A stretch of 63,877 bases of DNA, filler included, from Choristocarpus tenellus KU-1152 (lineage: Eukaryota; Protista; Phaeophyceae): NCBI GenBank assembly GCA_964200185.2. It is 14 parts of 14 records of this genome, joined end to end, with 100 filler letters (N's around TTAATTAATTAA, not from the genome) between each part and the next. Parts side by side here need not be neighbours in the genome. Positions count along the whole stretch, not along the records: positions 1 to 4,722 come from CAXNAD020013337.1; positions 4,823 to 7,958 come from CAXNAD020022068.1; positions 8,059 to 13,633 come from CAXNAD020010372.1; 11 more parts are not named here. One strand, written 5' to 3'. How positions within the stretch are numbered: the first letter of the stretch is position 1; each line of letters starts with the position of its first letter. Of the stretch, positions 1-12,100 are shown in pieces. The translations under genes were made by a program, and so were the position numbers. The notes beneath the pieces are model-generated. The model did not search any database. It was not told where the DNA came from and saw only the letters and a program-made list of their open reading frames with translations.

Positions 1-43
1 ACCCTGGTGTAGACCCCCCTTCCCCTCCCAGATACTTTGGGTC
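1..43 (+). mobile_element. Right end of G/C-tract MITE (family 2)
   Basis: ACCCTGGTGTAGA-(C-rich)-AGATACTTTGGGTC matches 19160-19199 and the reverse complement of 47453-47510. Confidence 0.75.
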
Positions 44-1525
44 AGACAGTGGCTACCTCTCTTGATTAAGTCATTTTCTCCTTGCCGTTCTCCACTAGCA
101 TGTTGAGTTGCTTGCTATCGGTTGTTTGTCAAGGTTGATATTGCTACAGCTGTATACCAGAGGGTCCATTTTTCGGAAGACTGACTCTACTACTACGATG
201 ACAGGTCAATGAAGCCCCACACTAAGTGGCCAACAACCTGGTTCTTATTCGTCCTCTGCTGAATTCGCAATTTCCACAGCATATACTGCCAATAAAAGTA
301 ATGCATACTGCACAAACCACTGACAAAAACAGAAGAAATATAGCACGGTGTTGTGCCTAGCTTTTACACTCAGTGCCATATTCGCATGTGGTAATGATAC
401 ACCTTTGAGGGTGCCCTTCCTCCCTTTTCTCAAACAAATTGGGACTGGTTCTTCAATCTTATATTGTAAGAAACAATGCAACGACAATGACGAAGTTGGT
501 GGCAGTATTGTGACATGTTCTACCCCTGTTGCTGGAGGCATTGGCACTTGCCTCGCCAGTATTATCACTTTGAATTGCTGACTTTGCACTGCCATAATCC
601 ATTCAGATGGTGTTGTGGGGGGGTGCAAACGTGGGCCCTTTGTATTTTGCTTGCACCAGCTGTCGTGTATGTGAAGATTCAGCGTGGAGCATCATCAGGT
701 ATATCGCTTTTCACACTATATGGACGTAACATGAAAAATATACTTCTCGGAGAGTTGAGGAGAGTATGACCCATCAGATAAAGCTCTTGACATACCAACA
801 ATTTGTGTATGGTTATGGCAGGCATTGCTAAGGGCATGGTGAAAGGGCTTAGAGACCTAGCCCTTGCTATGAAGTATCCAACTAGTCCTGAAATGTTATC
901 ATCACTCATGTATGCTGGTGATCCTTGACACTTTTATGCACTGAGAGTGTGTGTGCAGGTATGTATCTACGCGTGCGAATTGCATGGATAAAATTGCGCG
1001 CATTATTGTCACAGGAATGGAAAACCTTTTGCTCGCCTGTCTGGGTGCATTGAACGACAAAACCCTATTTTAATCATGAAGTATGTACGTAGGTTGTCTA
1101 TGTACATGTATCACAATGCCAACGGACATTACTGCAGAGTTTGTCCCGAAGGAAACAAGAAGCAACATCTATGGCAGGAGAACAAAGCAAACAACAACAG
1201 ATCCAGTGTTGATACGGTAAAGAGCTTCTGATACAAGAACTGTACCGTAATCTATACTTTGAAGTATCTGATTAAGATAAAGAACTAAAACGTTACGTAC
1301 AGTAAGGAATCTATGTGATGGTAAACCCGCATTTTGTCTGAAAGGACCAAGAAATTATGACACGCACATAGGTGAAACTGCCCCAGAACTGGCACTATGA
1401 AGGTGAATTTGAGACAAGGGAAGAGTAGAACAAGTATGTTTCGAGGATGACCTCCTTTCTTTTAAATATTAGATGAGAAGCAAGGCTTCTTCCCCACCTG
1501 TGAGGCTGGACTTTTGTCTTCTTTT

Positions 1526-1836
1526 TGTGCAAATTACCTTGGGAGGTAGTGCTATTTGTTAGTAGTGAAGATAAAAAGGTGTGAAGCCTCACACGACCCC
1601 CTTTGCTGAACGTGATTACATTGTTGTAATTGGAAGAGTGACCTCTCTTCTCTTTGCTTGTTTATTAGTTATTTGTGCTTCCTATCTAAGTCAACGGTTA
1701 TGTCAAAGTAGTTTGAATGCGGAATAAATACCAATACATAATCCCATACATNNNNNNNNNNACATGGACTCAATTCAACACAATAATCTCATATACACAA
1801 ATTAAGGTACACCTCACTATTGTCCTATTTTGCACA
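1526..1836 (-). mobile_element. Solo LTR of a Ty1/copia-like retrotransposon
   Basis: TGTGCAAA...TTTGCACA termini and a 5-bp TSD CTTTT (1521-1525 and 1837-1841). Homologous along its length to 47848-48203, where a PPT fixes the orientation as minus. Confidence 0.85.
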
Positions 1837-2545
1837 CTTTTCTCCTCTTTAGCACAGGACTTAGCGATGTTTACGACATATCATTTAACGACATCCTGTA
1901 CCAGCTGCTGGGTTCTACATATCAATCACACAGCACATTCATCCAGGAATATTCACATTTTTTAGAATCTCTGTGTCCAGATTATGTTCTACGAAAGGAT
2001 GTACTAGATTAGGAGTGTGTACAACACTTGTATCAATATTTGGTCTCTACACTAGACTGATGCACAAGGACAAGGGTGGGGCGATGCCTGATCACCCAGT
2101 GCACACATAAGTATTGATCCACTCCCTCTCGTATATCTAATGGAAACAACACAATACAGAACAACAACGATGGGACAACAACAAAAATCTTTGGTACTTG
2201 CTTATCACTCAACACCAGTAGTGAATTGCTGTTACGTGTATGGTGAGCTCCTCCATTCTCTTAACAGCTCTACAGGTGGTGTCCATTTGTCCCAGCACCT
2301 ATCACCAACTCTACTTCCTGCACAACACTCCGTATTAATCCAAGAACGCTCCCCAATCAATCACTCCCATACCGTACCTTTGAACTAGAAGACATCTACC
2401 CCGCCCAAGCTTGACCTCCCCATTAAATCAATGTTGTTTCTAGCTCTTAGGCACTACCTCTTGCCCCTGTTGCCTTCCGTCCTTACTACTACTTGCTTGT
2501 ACAACCCTTGACACCCACACTCAGTTCCACTGGGTGTTCTTGGAT

Positions 2546-2625
2546 GAATATGGAGTGTTGTGAAGGAATGCGGAGTGTCATGAATGAATATGGAGTGCTG
2601 AGGAGGAATGTGGAGTGTTGTGGAT
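2546..2625 (+). repeat. Degenerate 20-bp tandem repeat x4
   Basis: GAATATGGAGTGTTGTGAAG-like units start at 2546, 2566, 2586 and 2606. Confidence 0.7.
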
Positions 2626-2991
2626 GGAGGTGGACCTGTTTGGGAGGATTGGTGGTGGAGTGGATTCAGCGAAATTAGCCACAAATACGCGGAAATTGAG
2701 TAGGTGAGGGGAATCAATTGGTCTACTTTGACAGTGGCAGTCGTCATCTTGTTGTCACACTGGTTTAGCCACCTTTTCAGAACTCATGACACCAAAGCAT
2801 TCATTTTGAAAGATACTTTGGCAATGAACTCCTCAGTCACCATGTTTACGCGCACCAAGGGTTGTCTTTAGGTGTTTTCTGTCATCTAAGGTGTCGATCG
2901 ATAATGCTATGGACCAGGGAGCTCTGAATGAAAAAATGGTAAGTAATTGGATATTCTACAACAACGCCTGGCATTGTCACCTTGATATATC

Positions 2992-3250
2992 GAGCCAAAG
3001 CATCTTAGAGGGTAGAGCCGTGTCCATTTGGGGGTCAAAATCCAATGTTGCGATTTTGATGTAATTTTGGCTATCGTGTTTGTTAGGAGGTGTTAATATC
3101 TATGTTTCGGGCACACCTTTTCTTGACGTATACATTTTACCTACTTCCTAAACACTTTGGAGTAAGAAAATGTCATAAAAAACCCATGGGAAGTCAAGCC
3201 CCAAATGGACAAACAGGGCAAAACTCGTACCCTCTAAGATACTTTCACTT
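2992..3250 (+). mobile_element. MITE family 1, complete copy (Sola2-like ends)
   Basis: TIRs GAGCCAAAGcATCTTAGAGGGTA / TACCCTCTAAGATACTTTCACTt, subterminal IR GTCCATTTGGGG / CCCCAAATGGAC, and 4-bp TSD TATC (2988-2991 and 3251-3254). Confidence 0.85.
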
Positions 3251-3487
3251 TATCCTTACCATTAGTGCTTACGTAGTATTAATACGGAAGAGAGATAAGC
3301 AAGGGTGCTATGTACACTTACATTTCCGCTCCTCTCTGAAAGGAAAACAATATGGGACTTCCAGACAGCTTGCAGGAAAGGCCTTGATCTGATGCGAGGT
3401 TGGTACCTCATTAGTTCAGTCTGTATGATGGGGTACTTGTGTGGTTTTCGTCGAGGGTACACCAGGGTGTTGAATAAAGTACATGAG

Positions 3488-3898
3488 GGTGCGGCAAGTG
3501 AGGCGGTTAGATCGTTCGATTATTGATCGAGAGGTGGTAAGTTCAATCCTCGTCGGGACCGTATAATTTTGTGTGTACTCCTTTATCACACATATAATGG
3601 GGAAGTTTATGAAGTAATCTGAGCGTGAGAATCCATAGAAGGGAATACATATGGTAAACTGAGTGTTGGAAAGGGTAAAAAAAAAAGAACTGGAAATGGA
3701 CGAAGAATTAAGGACTGGGTAGCTTAGGAGAGGAGGCAAAAGAGGTAGGAGAAAAGTCAAAGAAAAGAGTGATAGGTGGAGGCGTGAGGTAGGAAGGAAC
3801 GGGTTAGAACTACAGGCAAAGCTAAGGATGGTGGTGCAGGACAAGCAGAGCAAGACCAAGGCAGCCTCCATTTCTACATATCGAACGGCCTTGAAACT
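3488..3898 (+). mobile_element. SINE-like element: decayed tRNA-Asn-like head (3488-3561) plus RTE-LINE-like tail
   Basis: CGGTTAGATCGTTCGATTATTGATCGAGAGGTGGTAAGTTCAATCC..GGGACC aligns by eye with eukaryotic tRNA-Asn and has the B-box-like GTTCAATCC. The tail translates GGKRGRRKVKEKSDRWRREVGRNGLELQAKLRMVVQDK, resembling the RTE ORF C-terminus. Confidence 0.5.
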
Positions 3899-4666
3899 GC
3901 TACTTTGTGCTTCGGTGCTGATGTTGGTGCTCAAGTTATGTGTTGGTATCTATGCACATAATTTGATGATATTATTAACAAAGCAGTCTTAGAAATATCA
4001 CACGGTTTTGTAACAGCCACTTGGTGTCCCGATGCTTACGTTGGTGCTCAAGAGATGTGTTGTGATCTTTGTTGAAAGTGGGCAGGTGAACCACAAAAGT
4101 GAGTTTAGGATGCTTCCAACAGTCTGTAGCTGTTGCGACTTTGTGTGCCGAAGTGCTTACATTTCTCATCAAGTCGTGAGTTGGCATCTTTGTGAAATTG
4201 GGCACGTTTTAAACAGCCAAAGAGTTCTTGTACATGTCCAAAGTTTTTGTAACGACCACTGTTTGTGTTCCGAGGTGCTTCTGTTGCTGGCGAAGTCTTG
4301 TGTTGCTTTGGTTTTACTATGATCTGAGGAGGTGAAACGACCGAAATTGCTTCTTGACCGATGCATCGGTATTGTATAGTTTGCTGATACCTTTGTTGCT
4401 ACTCAAGCCGTCATGTGTTTTATTATCAATGTGCCTATTTGGAAGGTGGAACACCCGAAACAGTTGTGGACATTTTCAACTGTTGTATATCAGCTGCTGT
4501 GTGTGTGCCGAGGCGCATATGTTGCTTTTGGGGTTGTGTGTTGGTATTGGTGTGCGGGTTTCGCTGGTGAAACGACCAAAACGTTTTCATATATATCGAA
4601 GGTTGTTGTAACTGCCACTGTATGCCCTAGTGCTGATGTTGATATTCAAGACGTGTGATGGGATCT

Positions 4667-4722
4667 GGCTTAAAGTATCTCGGAGGGGGTGGCGGCTATC
4701 CATTTGGGGTCAATTTTTTTAT
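4667..4722 (+). mobile_element. Left end of MITE family 2 at scaffold end
   Basis: GGCTTAAAGTATCT-G-tract-GGCTATCCATTTGGGGTCAA. The same end occurs at ~13515, ~23352, 37687 and 63749. Confidence 0.75.
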
Positions 4723-4822
4723 NNNNNNNNNNNNNNNNNNNNNNNNNNNNNNNNNNNNNNNNNNNNTTAATTAATTAANNNNNNNNNNNNNNNNNNNNNN
4801 NNNNNNNNNNNNNNNNNNNNNN
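4723..4822. other. Artificial scaffold-joining linker, first of 13. Others: 7959-8058, 13634-13733, 18925-19024, 23373-23472, 33630-33729, 37757-37856, 40447-40546, 43999-44098, 47511-47610, 50513-50612, 55288-55387, 61243-61342
   Basis: Each is 44 N + TTAATTAATTAA (stops in all six frames) + 44 N = 100 bp. Separate 10-N intra-scaffold gaps occur at 1752-1761 and 26199-26208. Confidence 0.98.
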
Positions 4823-5181
4823 CATGTCCGGTCTTCCTCCCACAGGACTTGCTTGTTTAGGTCACGGTGGACATGTATACAGTAGGTAAGTGCAAGAGCC
4901 AACGAGTTTAGAGTCTGTGTGAGTTTGACTATACTTTGTTGCCAATGTTGCTATCGTGCTGGACAAGTGTCATTCACATAGTGACCTCCAAATTTCGCAC
5001 TCTATGAACAGTTGATGTAGTTGTAGTTGTAGTTGTAGTTGTTGGGTATGTAGGTCACACTGTGGTATGTATCCTGGAGTGTTACCTGGTGCATTCCCAC
5101 TCCAGCTAACGTACATCCGGTGAATCGACCAATGAGATGTGTCAGTTTGGCTTGGGATTACGATAGTGGTTATTTTGTAAG

Positions 5182-5330
5182 GATGACCTTGTACAAAACG
5201 TGGTGAAGGCATACTGAGAGTATGATTCAGAGATCTATGGGCAGACCTGGCAGGGCCTCTTTGCACAGTAGAAGGCTGAGCTGTGCCACTTGGGTGAAGA
5301 ACGACTTGAATGGAGTGGGCAAGAAGTAGG
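5182..5330 (+). pseudogene. Decayed C-terminal fragment of a mariner-like (DD39D-type) transposase
   Basis: Translates DDLVQNVVKAY*EYDSEIYGQTWQGLFAQ*KAELCHLGEERLEWSG, similar to the DELV..V.KAF..Y / PHMGKEKLER.G tail of plant and oomycete mariners. Two in-frame stops. Confidence 0.4.
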
Positions 5331-6793
5331 TAGGAGAGAGTAGTGTGAGTGGATTATTCCTTAGTGGCCAAGGAAATGGCAATCCTGGAGGGAGTGGGGA
5401 AGGAGGTAGTCCTTGCTTGTCTGCATTTGTTGTGTTGAATTTTGAGAACACTGGAGTGGAGACTGCGATCATCAGTCAGCACTGTTACGATCAATTAAGT
5501 TACTTTTGTGTGATGACACTCTGTGTGTGTGGCTTGTGCGGTGGTGTTTATATACTGCATTGCCGCTATCTCCGCACACATCGTTCCTGACTGTACTCTC
5601 ACTACTTGTAGTAGGAGAAGTAGTAGTTGTAGTGGTAATAGTAGTAATAATAGTACCATAAGCATTAAAGTGTGGGGGTGCTGATGTTTTGTACAAAATA
5701 ATATGATGATGGTGGGTCCAACTACAGTAACAAATCTACACGGTCAGTCGCTGGTGAGGTGAAGTGGATTGATGGGACGAGTGGAGCACACCACATCTGA
5801 AGTACAAGTGTACTAGTAATGAGTACTACTCAACACCAATGTAGCATAGTGCTACTACGTAGTGCTGTTAGAAGGAAGGGGTCGGGAATAACGACAATGA
5901 TGATGTTGCCATCATTGTTGGTGCAGTGCGACATGGACTGACTACCACTCCACCCCCTTAGATCCCACAACCAAAAGAACAGGAATTGTTAGAAACAACG
6001 GTTGCTGGATGACGATTGATGTCATGCGGTTAGCAGAATTGGTAAAAGCATGGAGAATCTTTTTTGAAAACAAATTGAAAAGGTCATGAACTGCTCTTCC
6101 TGCTGCTGCTGCTGTTGCTGATGGTGATGATGGTGATGGTGATGCTGAGTGCGGGCGGTCGCGACTGATGATAACAGTGCTGGTATCTGCTATCATTATC
6201 AGGTCCGTGCGTATATCCGCGCATCACGTAAGTGCGGTAAAATATGGGAGAGGGATTAGCTATCACCAACAGGCAACGCCGACTGCTATTGTTGCATCAA
6301 TCACTCCAGAGTATTATGTACTCTGATCAGTGCAAGTATGTATATATGTCTGACGATGTTTGTGTTTGTGGCACACATCATACAGATGACGACGATAAAT
6401 GTGTGTTACACCCGAAGCAATGATGAGCAACTTTATTTTGCGGTCCCAGTTCATACCATGTATCGTAAACGATAAACGCAAACACAGGAAGGCAGTAGTA
6501 CAATATATTTTTTATTTTATTATTATGCCCTCTGACAAGGGGAAAACAGATGTCAACTATACGTATGTCATTATTAGACCTAAGGAAATAAAATATCAGA
6601 AATGTGAAAACACTATAAAACTGTAAGTGTGAAAACCACTAATAATCTATCAGTTACTTCACCATTATCAATACTGTACTACTACTGTTTTCCTGTGCTT
6701 CCCATCTACATACTCCTGCGCCCCGGGGGAGGGGGGAGCTAGGGAGGCATGCCAAGAACCCAACAAACCCCTCCGTGCCCATCTCCCTGGTGA

Positions 6794-7020
6794 CTCTAGC
6801 TTAAAGCGCATGATGACACGTCGAAACAATGCCACTTGCGTAGTCACCGAAACAATTTGGCGTAGCCGGGATTTAACTACTCATTTCCTGCAATATGCTC
6901 CCGCTCCTCTCCCCCCTACTACCATGTGAGTAGCCAGCTCATCCAGGAAGCATTCCGCTTGCTTTGCCGAGGCGCCCAAAACTTTCCACCGCAAAGGTGT
7001 TGAGGTTATAGCTACGCATG
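6794..7020 (-). pseudogene. Decayed C-terminus of a REL-endonuclease non-LTR retrotransposon (CRE/R2-like)
   Basis: Frameshifted pieces SYNLNTFAVES, ECFLDELATH and RK*VVKSRLRQIVSVTTQVALFRRVIMRFKL. The FAVES.G.LG pattern is typical of the REL domain end. Confidence 0.55.
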
Positions 7021-7708
7021 TATCAACTTAACTTTTCCATCATTAATTTAAACCCAATAAACAACGTAGTAGAAGTTCTACATGAACAATTAAAATCATT
7101 TTGAGTGAGGGCAACTATAGATCAGAAAATTGGAACATAGTGACGTTGAATTAACATGTTAGGAAATTTATCATAATCTGCTGGAAATGTTTCTATCAGT
7201 GATACACTGAATGACGTGAAAGCATGATCTTGGAGACTAGGAACTAGTCCCCCCCTTTGTGGATAGGTCCCATTTTCGCTGAAAACTAAATAAAGCACAT
7301 TCTATATAATATCTTCTTGGTAAAGCACCACGCTCTTTGGGAGGGTGCGAACATTCTGAGTGATCTTCGATTTCATTCCCACGAGCTTTGAGTTCGATGG
7401 ACCATGTGGAAGGTGGTTGGGGAGGTACATCTGTACCGTACTACCTTCCACTAAACAAAAGAAAGGGGCACCGAAGATCTGGATCTTGGCGGAGAAGACC
7501 GATTACAGAGAGAGAAACTATGCAAGCAGAGACGGAGCGAGGAGTAGTGGGACGCCTGATCCCGATGCACCAGAAAAAACAATTAACGCACGAGGGAGAG
7601 CAATTTGTTATAGTCCGAAAGTAGTAGTAGTTCGAATAGTAGGGTAGAAATCGTAGTGCACTGTGCATACCCAAATGACCACAAGCCAACAGGCTTAGGT
7701 TTGGTAGG

Positions 7709-7906
7709 GTGAAGGTAGAACGCAGGGATAGTTGGTCAACATTTGATGAGCGTTTTTTTCGAGGTATGCTCTATACTGATGATGTGGACATCGTCTCCAA
7801 GATCCAAGGAAGTTTGTCCAAGATGAGAGTGGTTGTGAAGGCGACCAGACATTTGTATAGGCATTTGAAGACGGAGACTATTTGTCTTTGCCCTGTTGAA
7901 ACCTGA
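7709..7906 (+). pseudogene. Decayed RTE-type LINE reverse transcriptase fragment
   Basis: RGMLYTDDVDIVSK...LSKMRVVV...KTETICL corresponds to the GMLYADDAGIVS...KTETM pattern, with YADD degraded to YTDD. Confidence 0.6.
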
Positions 7907-9189
7907 ATCGAATGCATTGTATATGATACATAGACTACGAAGGAAGAGGAATCATGGTNNNNNNNNNNNNNNNNNNNNNNNNNNNNNNNNNNNNNNNNNN
8001 NNTTAATTAATTAANNNNNNNNNNNNNNNNNNNNNNNNNNNNNNNNNNNNNNNNNNNNATTTTTCAGTCCCTAACCAATACGCCCTGCTTTTTACGCGTT
8101 TCAAAATGAAGCGTACGGGACGAAAATTGTGAGCATTGGAGATCTCTTGGGTGGATCTCAGCAGATGCAATGAGATGGAAAAAGAAGGAGAACAAAACAA
8201 TGTCACATGGCATTGCCTGGATGGAGGAGCATGTGGGTGGACATCAATATAGTGCGTAGCAGACTACTGTCCCTATGTCCATTTTTCCTCGCTGAAATAC
8301 CCATCCCAAATCAATCTTTTGGAAAAATGTAATGTCCAGTAATTGTAGCCCTTTCATCCTCCCCAACCACAAGTAAACCAATGGTTTCCATTAAAACATA
8401 TTAGCATTTGAGAACGATTCTCTGGTGGACACTATCATCAACTCCACACAAGCAAGGCCAGTATTAGCTGCAGCTTCCTCTCAAGAAGACACCCAGGTAT
8501 GGTACAAGTGTCCGAGCCTTGACTATCAGTGATTGAAGTGTAATATGAAGAATTGACAAAGTGGTGCAACCACTTCCTTTTTTCCTAACCCTGAAATCCC
8601 TTTCAACTCCCTCTATTCTGACTTTCTTTTAACTGGCTTTGGTCCAATATGTTCTCTAATCAAGCCCCACTCTCTTTGTTGTATAAAAAAATCAACATGG
8701 TCCTCTTTTTGTTTTATGGACCGATCTGCATGCAAAATATTCAGATACGAACTACATAGAAAACGATTGAGGACAGCAAAAATGGTTGGCTCCTCATGGT
8801 ACTCCACAGGGAGTATAGTATAATTTGAAGATGTATGAGAACTTGATGGGGAGGTTGGAGATGGGAAAGGGTAGGAAGAGGCTTGGGGGTGCGAATGGGG
8901 GGGGAGGGTTGGGAGGCAGATAACTTGCAGTGAAATGCCTAGGTTGGAGGGAGAGTGGAGATCTACATACATATAGAAGATTCGTGTCTACAATAATGCT
9001 GCATCTGAGGTGGGTATTGGGTGAGTGGAGAGTGGAGTCATGTCAGTTGATGGGGGTGGAACTGAAAAGAGTAGTCTCTGTGCTACATTGATGCAATGCA
9101 ATAGCATGAATTCAATTCCTCTGAAGCATTCCCTATATCCCTTCCATTTTATGTCACCCCTTGAAGTGTGATAGGCAGAGGTGCACTAT

Positions 9190-12100
9190 CTAGGGCGTGT
9201 GGAGGATCATTATTCCTTCAAAGCACACTCTTGGATGCGTCTCACGACCCGGTGGAGACGTAGCTGACCAAGCCGAAAGCCTGCCATGGTGGTTGTGGCC
9301 TCCGCTGTTTGTTGTGGATGTGGGGAATGGGAAAGAGATCGGAAAGATGTATGGCAGACCCCGGGTGAAAGTTATGCCAAGGAACAATGGGGAATAGCAG
9401 GAGGTTGCAAGGTAAATTCATCTATTTGGTTAATGGGATCCACATTCCATTCTTAAGATAAGCATGTGCTGTAGAAGCGCACATAGTATTACCAGAATGA
9501 CAAACTTGATCGTCATACCGCTAAAATGGAGAAAAATAATATAGTATCTTTTGTAGCTTTGTCTCCTCCCCCAACCTCCATCTTCCCAACCTTTCACCCT
9601 TTTGTCACACACAGTCAAAAGATATATTCCACTTCAGAGATACCCCATTACCCTTTTCCCCGCCCCGTCCCAAACAACAGCATTTATTTTCTCTTGAACA
9701 AGTTGTATGGTGCATGACTCCCTCACCAAGGACCTCCAAGGTCTGCTGCAGTCTACCCTCCCAGGTGAAATCAAAGCTGCTTCCACTACCTCCATTCTTC
9801 CTTTCATTTCTGCTCTTATTATGACCTGCTGAGATGTCACGATCCATGGGTATTGCTTCCAACCCCCTTGCTCCACACCATGCCCCAGCGTATGCTGCTC
9901 CCCTTTTGGGCTCATACCAAGCCCCCCCCCCCTCCTGAACGTTCTCCCCATTCCTTTGCTCATCATTGTCTATCAACACAAATGTAAGGGGTAAAAAAGG
10001 TTGGGCAGACACAAATGTTTCATACTGATATTATCGTATGCATCTCTTTCACCTTGTCAAATGTTGTAAAGCAGAGGAATCAAGAAACAAAAGAAATGTG
10101 CCAGAAGAACATAGAAAGTACAGTATGAACTAAGTGATGGCCAAGCACATCCCCACACCATGGTTCACACCAACACCACCACAAAGGAGGTGCTGCCATG
10201 GGAAGTTTCAGATCATGTCAATTATCCATGAAGCTCCTTCACCTCCACTATTCATTGTACCAATCTCATAATCTCCTCTAATAGATCTGCAGCAAAGGAA
10301 TATACTTAACTATATACTGAACATATCAGAAGCAATGGAACCACAAAATGAAGCATGTGGGGAGATGTTTCTCCAGGTTGAAGTACATGCTAAACAATAT
10401 TTTTGACAATCTGTGTAGGTATACCTCTAATGCTAGCATGCAATATTCCACAAGAGAAACATGAAATTGTCTTGTGCTTGATCCTGTACATAGAAACCAA
10501 TAGTTTTTAACACCTTGAGAAGGTGCCTTCCATTCTTCCATCCCTGTTTATTATATTTCTCTACTTTTCAAAAATATTATTGTACGTATATGTCAAGAGG
10601 TACGCTTGAATACCATTGAGATGTATTGGTTCAGTGAAGGTATTGGATTGAGGTTGTCAGGATACAATAAGCAGTAGCTTATACCAGCAGCTGGACAAGT
10701 AACTGTGATGTATTATTCAAGGGATATTAGAATAGTCAGCAGATTAGAACAGATTGAACTCTGGAATTGTGTACGTTGATGGTATGGGATGAAGGTAGAG
10801 GAGCCCCACCTTGGGTAGCCCGCTTGCTCAACTCCTGACTGGGTAGCAACTACTAGCTCAGATCACAGCACGGGGAATCCATCTTTGGCATTGATTCACT
10901 TAGCAATATGTACAGTCAAGTCTTCACTCGTACACAAAGATAGATAACAATTGTACATCTCTCCTTTCTTCTGGATCTTCACACCTCCGTCTCCACTACA
11001 GCAAGCAGGGGAGGGAATAATATAAGACACAAGGGACAATGCACCCCTCCCCCCCCTTTCCATGGCCTCCAACCCTGCAAGCACAGCTTTTTCATAAATA
11101 TGCGTACAATATGTAGCACATCGTTAGGTATTTCCTTACGATAGGTGACATAATGTTTGAAATACTACTTGGTGTGCAACATATTTTGAGTATATATATA
11201 TACATGTATGAGTATTCACATCCTCTAATGTGATCAACACAGCCTCCATGAATGTGCCCAACAAAGCTAAGCTTTTCACTCACAACATACTCTGCAACCT
11301 CCAACACCATTCCCCCACAGCCGTTGGAAACAGAAACAATGTCGTAGCAATGAAGTAAATTTCTGTACAGTATTGGTAGAATAAACAGTTAGACATTTTC
11401 TCAATATGCAATTGTAGAAAAAATAATATATATATATATATATATATACCTTTGAGATGTTTAATCTAAGTGATGTTCATATATATTCAAGTATAAGTGG
11501 AAAATATGTTCAAAATTCTAGAGATTTATACATAAAATATAAAGGGAAGAAACGATTCACAACACAGTAGTGCCCAGAATATCAGTTCCTGGCTTGAAAA
11601 AAAGATATCTACTCTTTGCCAGTGTGATGCGAACAAAATGTATTTCCCTCTGCCAGTACAGTTAGCAAATTAACAGGTAATTGGTGCACGTCACAGGAAA
11701 AAAATGGTTTGTGGTGGACAACAAGACAAAAAAACGGCTCAAGACCATGGACAACTGTATTTTACCGCTAGTTAATGCAACATAAGGTCTGTCCCTCAAA
11801 AATATCCATACACTCACCAACCCATTGCCCACCAACCCTATCTCAAACATAGCTGCTGAACAGAGGCTCAGTGCACACATGTGCTTGAATCAGGCGCATC
11901 TATACCTTACACGTTCCTACTCTCTACGAGTAAAAGCTTGTGTCATGAACTGCTCTAATTGATTCTATTAAATTGTCATTAAATGGTGACAAAGGTTGAA
12001 GAGTATTTTAATAGTCTCCAAGATGCAAGGACAAACATAACAACCAGGCGCATTTGGCGTTCAACTCACCGGCACTATTGTAGAGAGCATCCAGAACAGT

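Noticed and set aside
3488-3561. Functional tRNA gene
   Set aside because: The acceptor stem and T-arm do not pair properly and the anticodon loop is altered, so it is treated as a SINE head or pseudogene.
3900-4660. Recurrent GTTGGTGCTCAAG and GTGAAACGACC motifs
   Set aside because: Old degenerate internal duplications with no consistent period or identifiable structure.
4723-4822. Repeated palindrome TTAATTAATTAA as a biological site, and ORFs ending in X..LIN
   Set aside because: It is always centred in a fixed 100-bp N block, so it is an assembly linker. Gene neighbourhoods across linkers are meaningless.
10130-10243. Premature stops in the 9.2-13.4 kb gene
   Set aside because: A GTGAAG donor upstream of the stops gives a phase-compatible splice to the next exon, so the gene may be intact.
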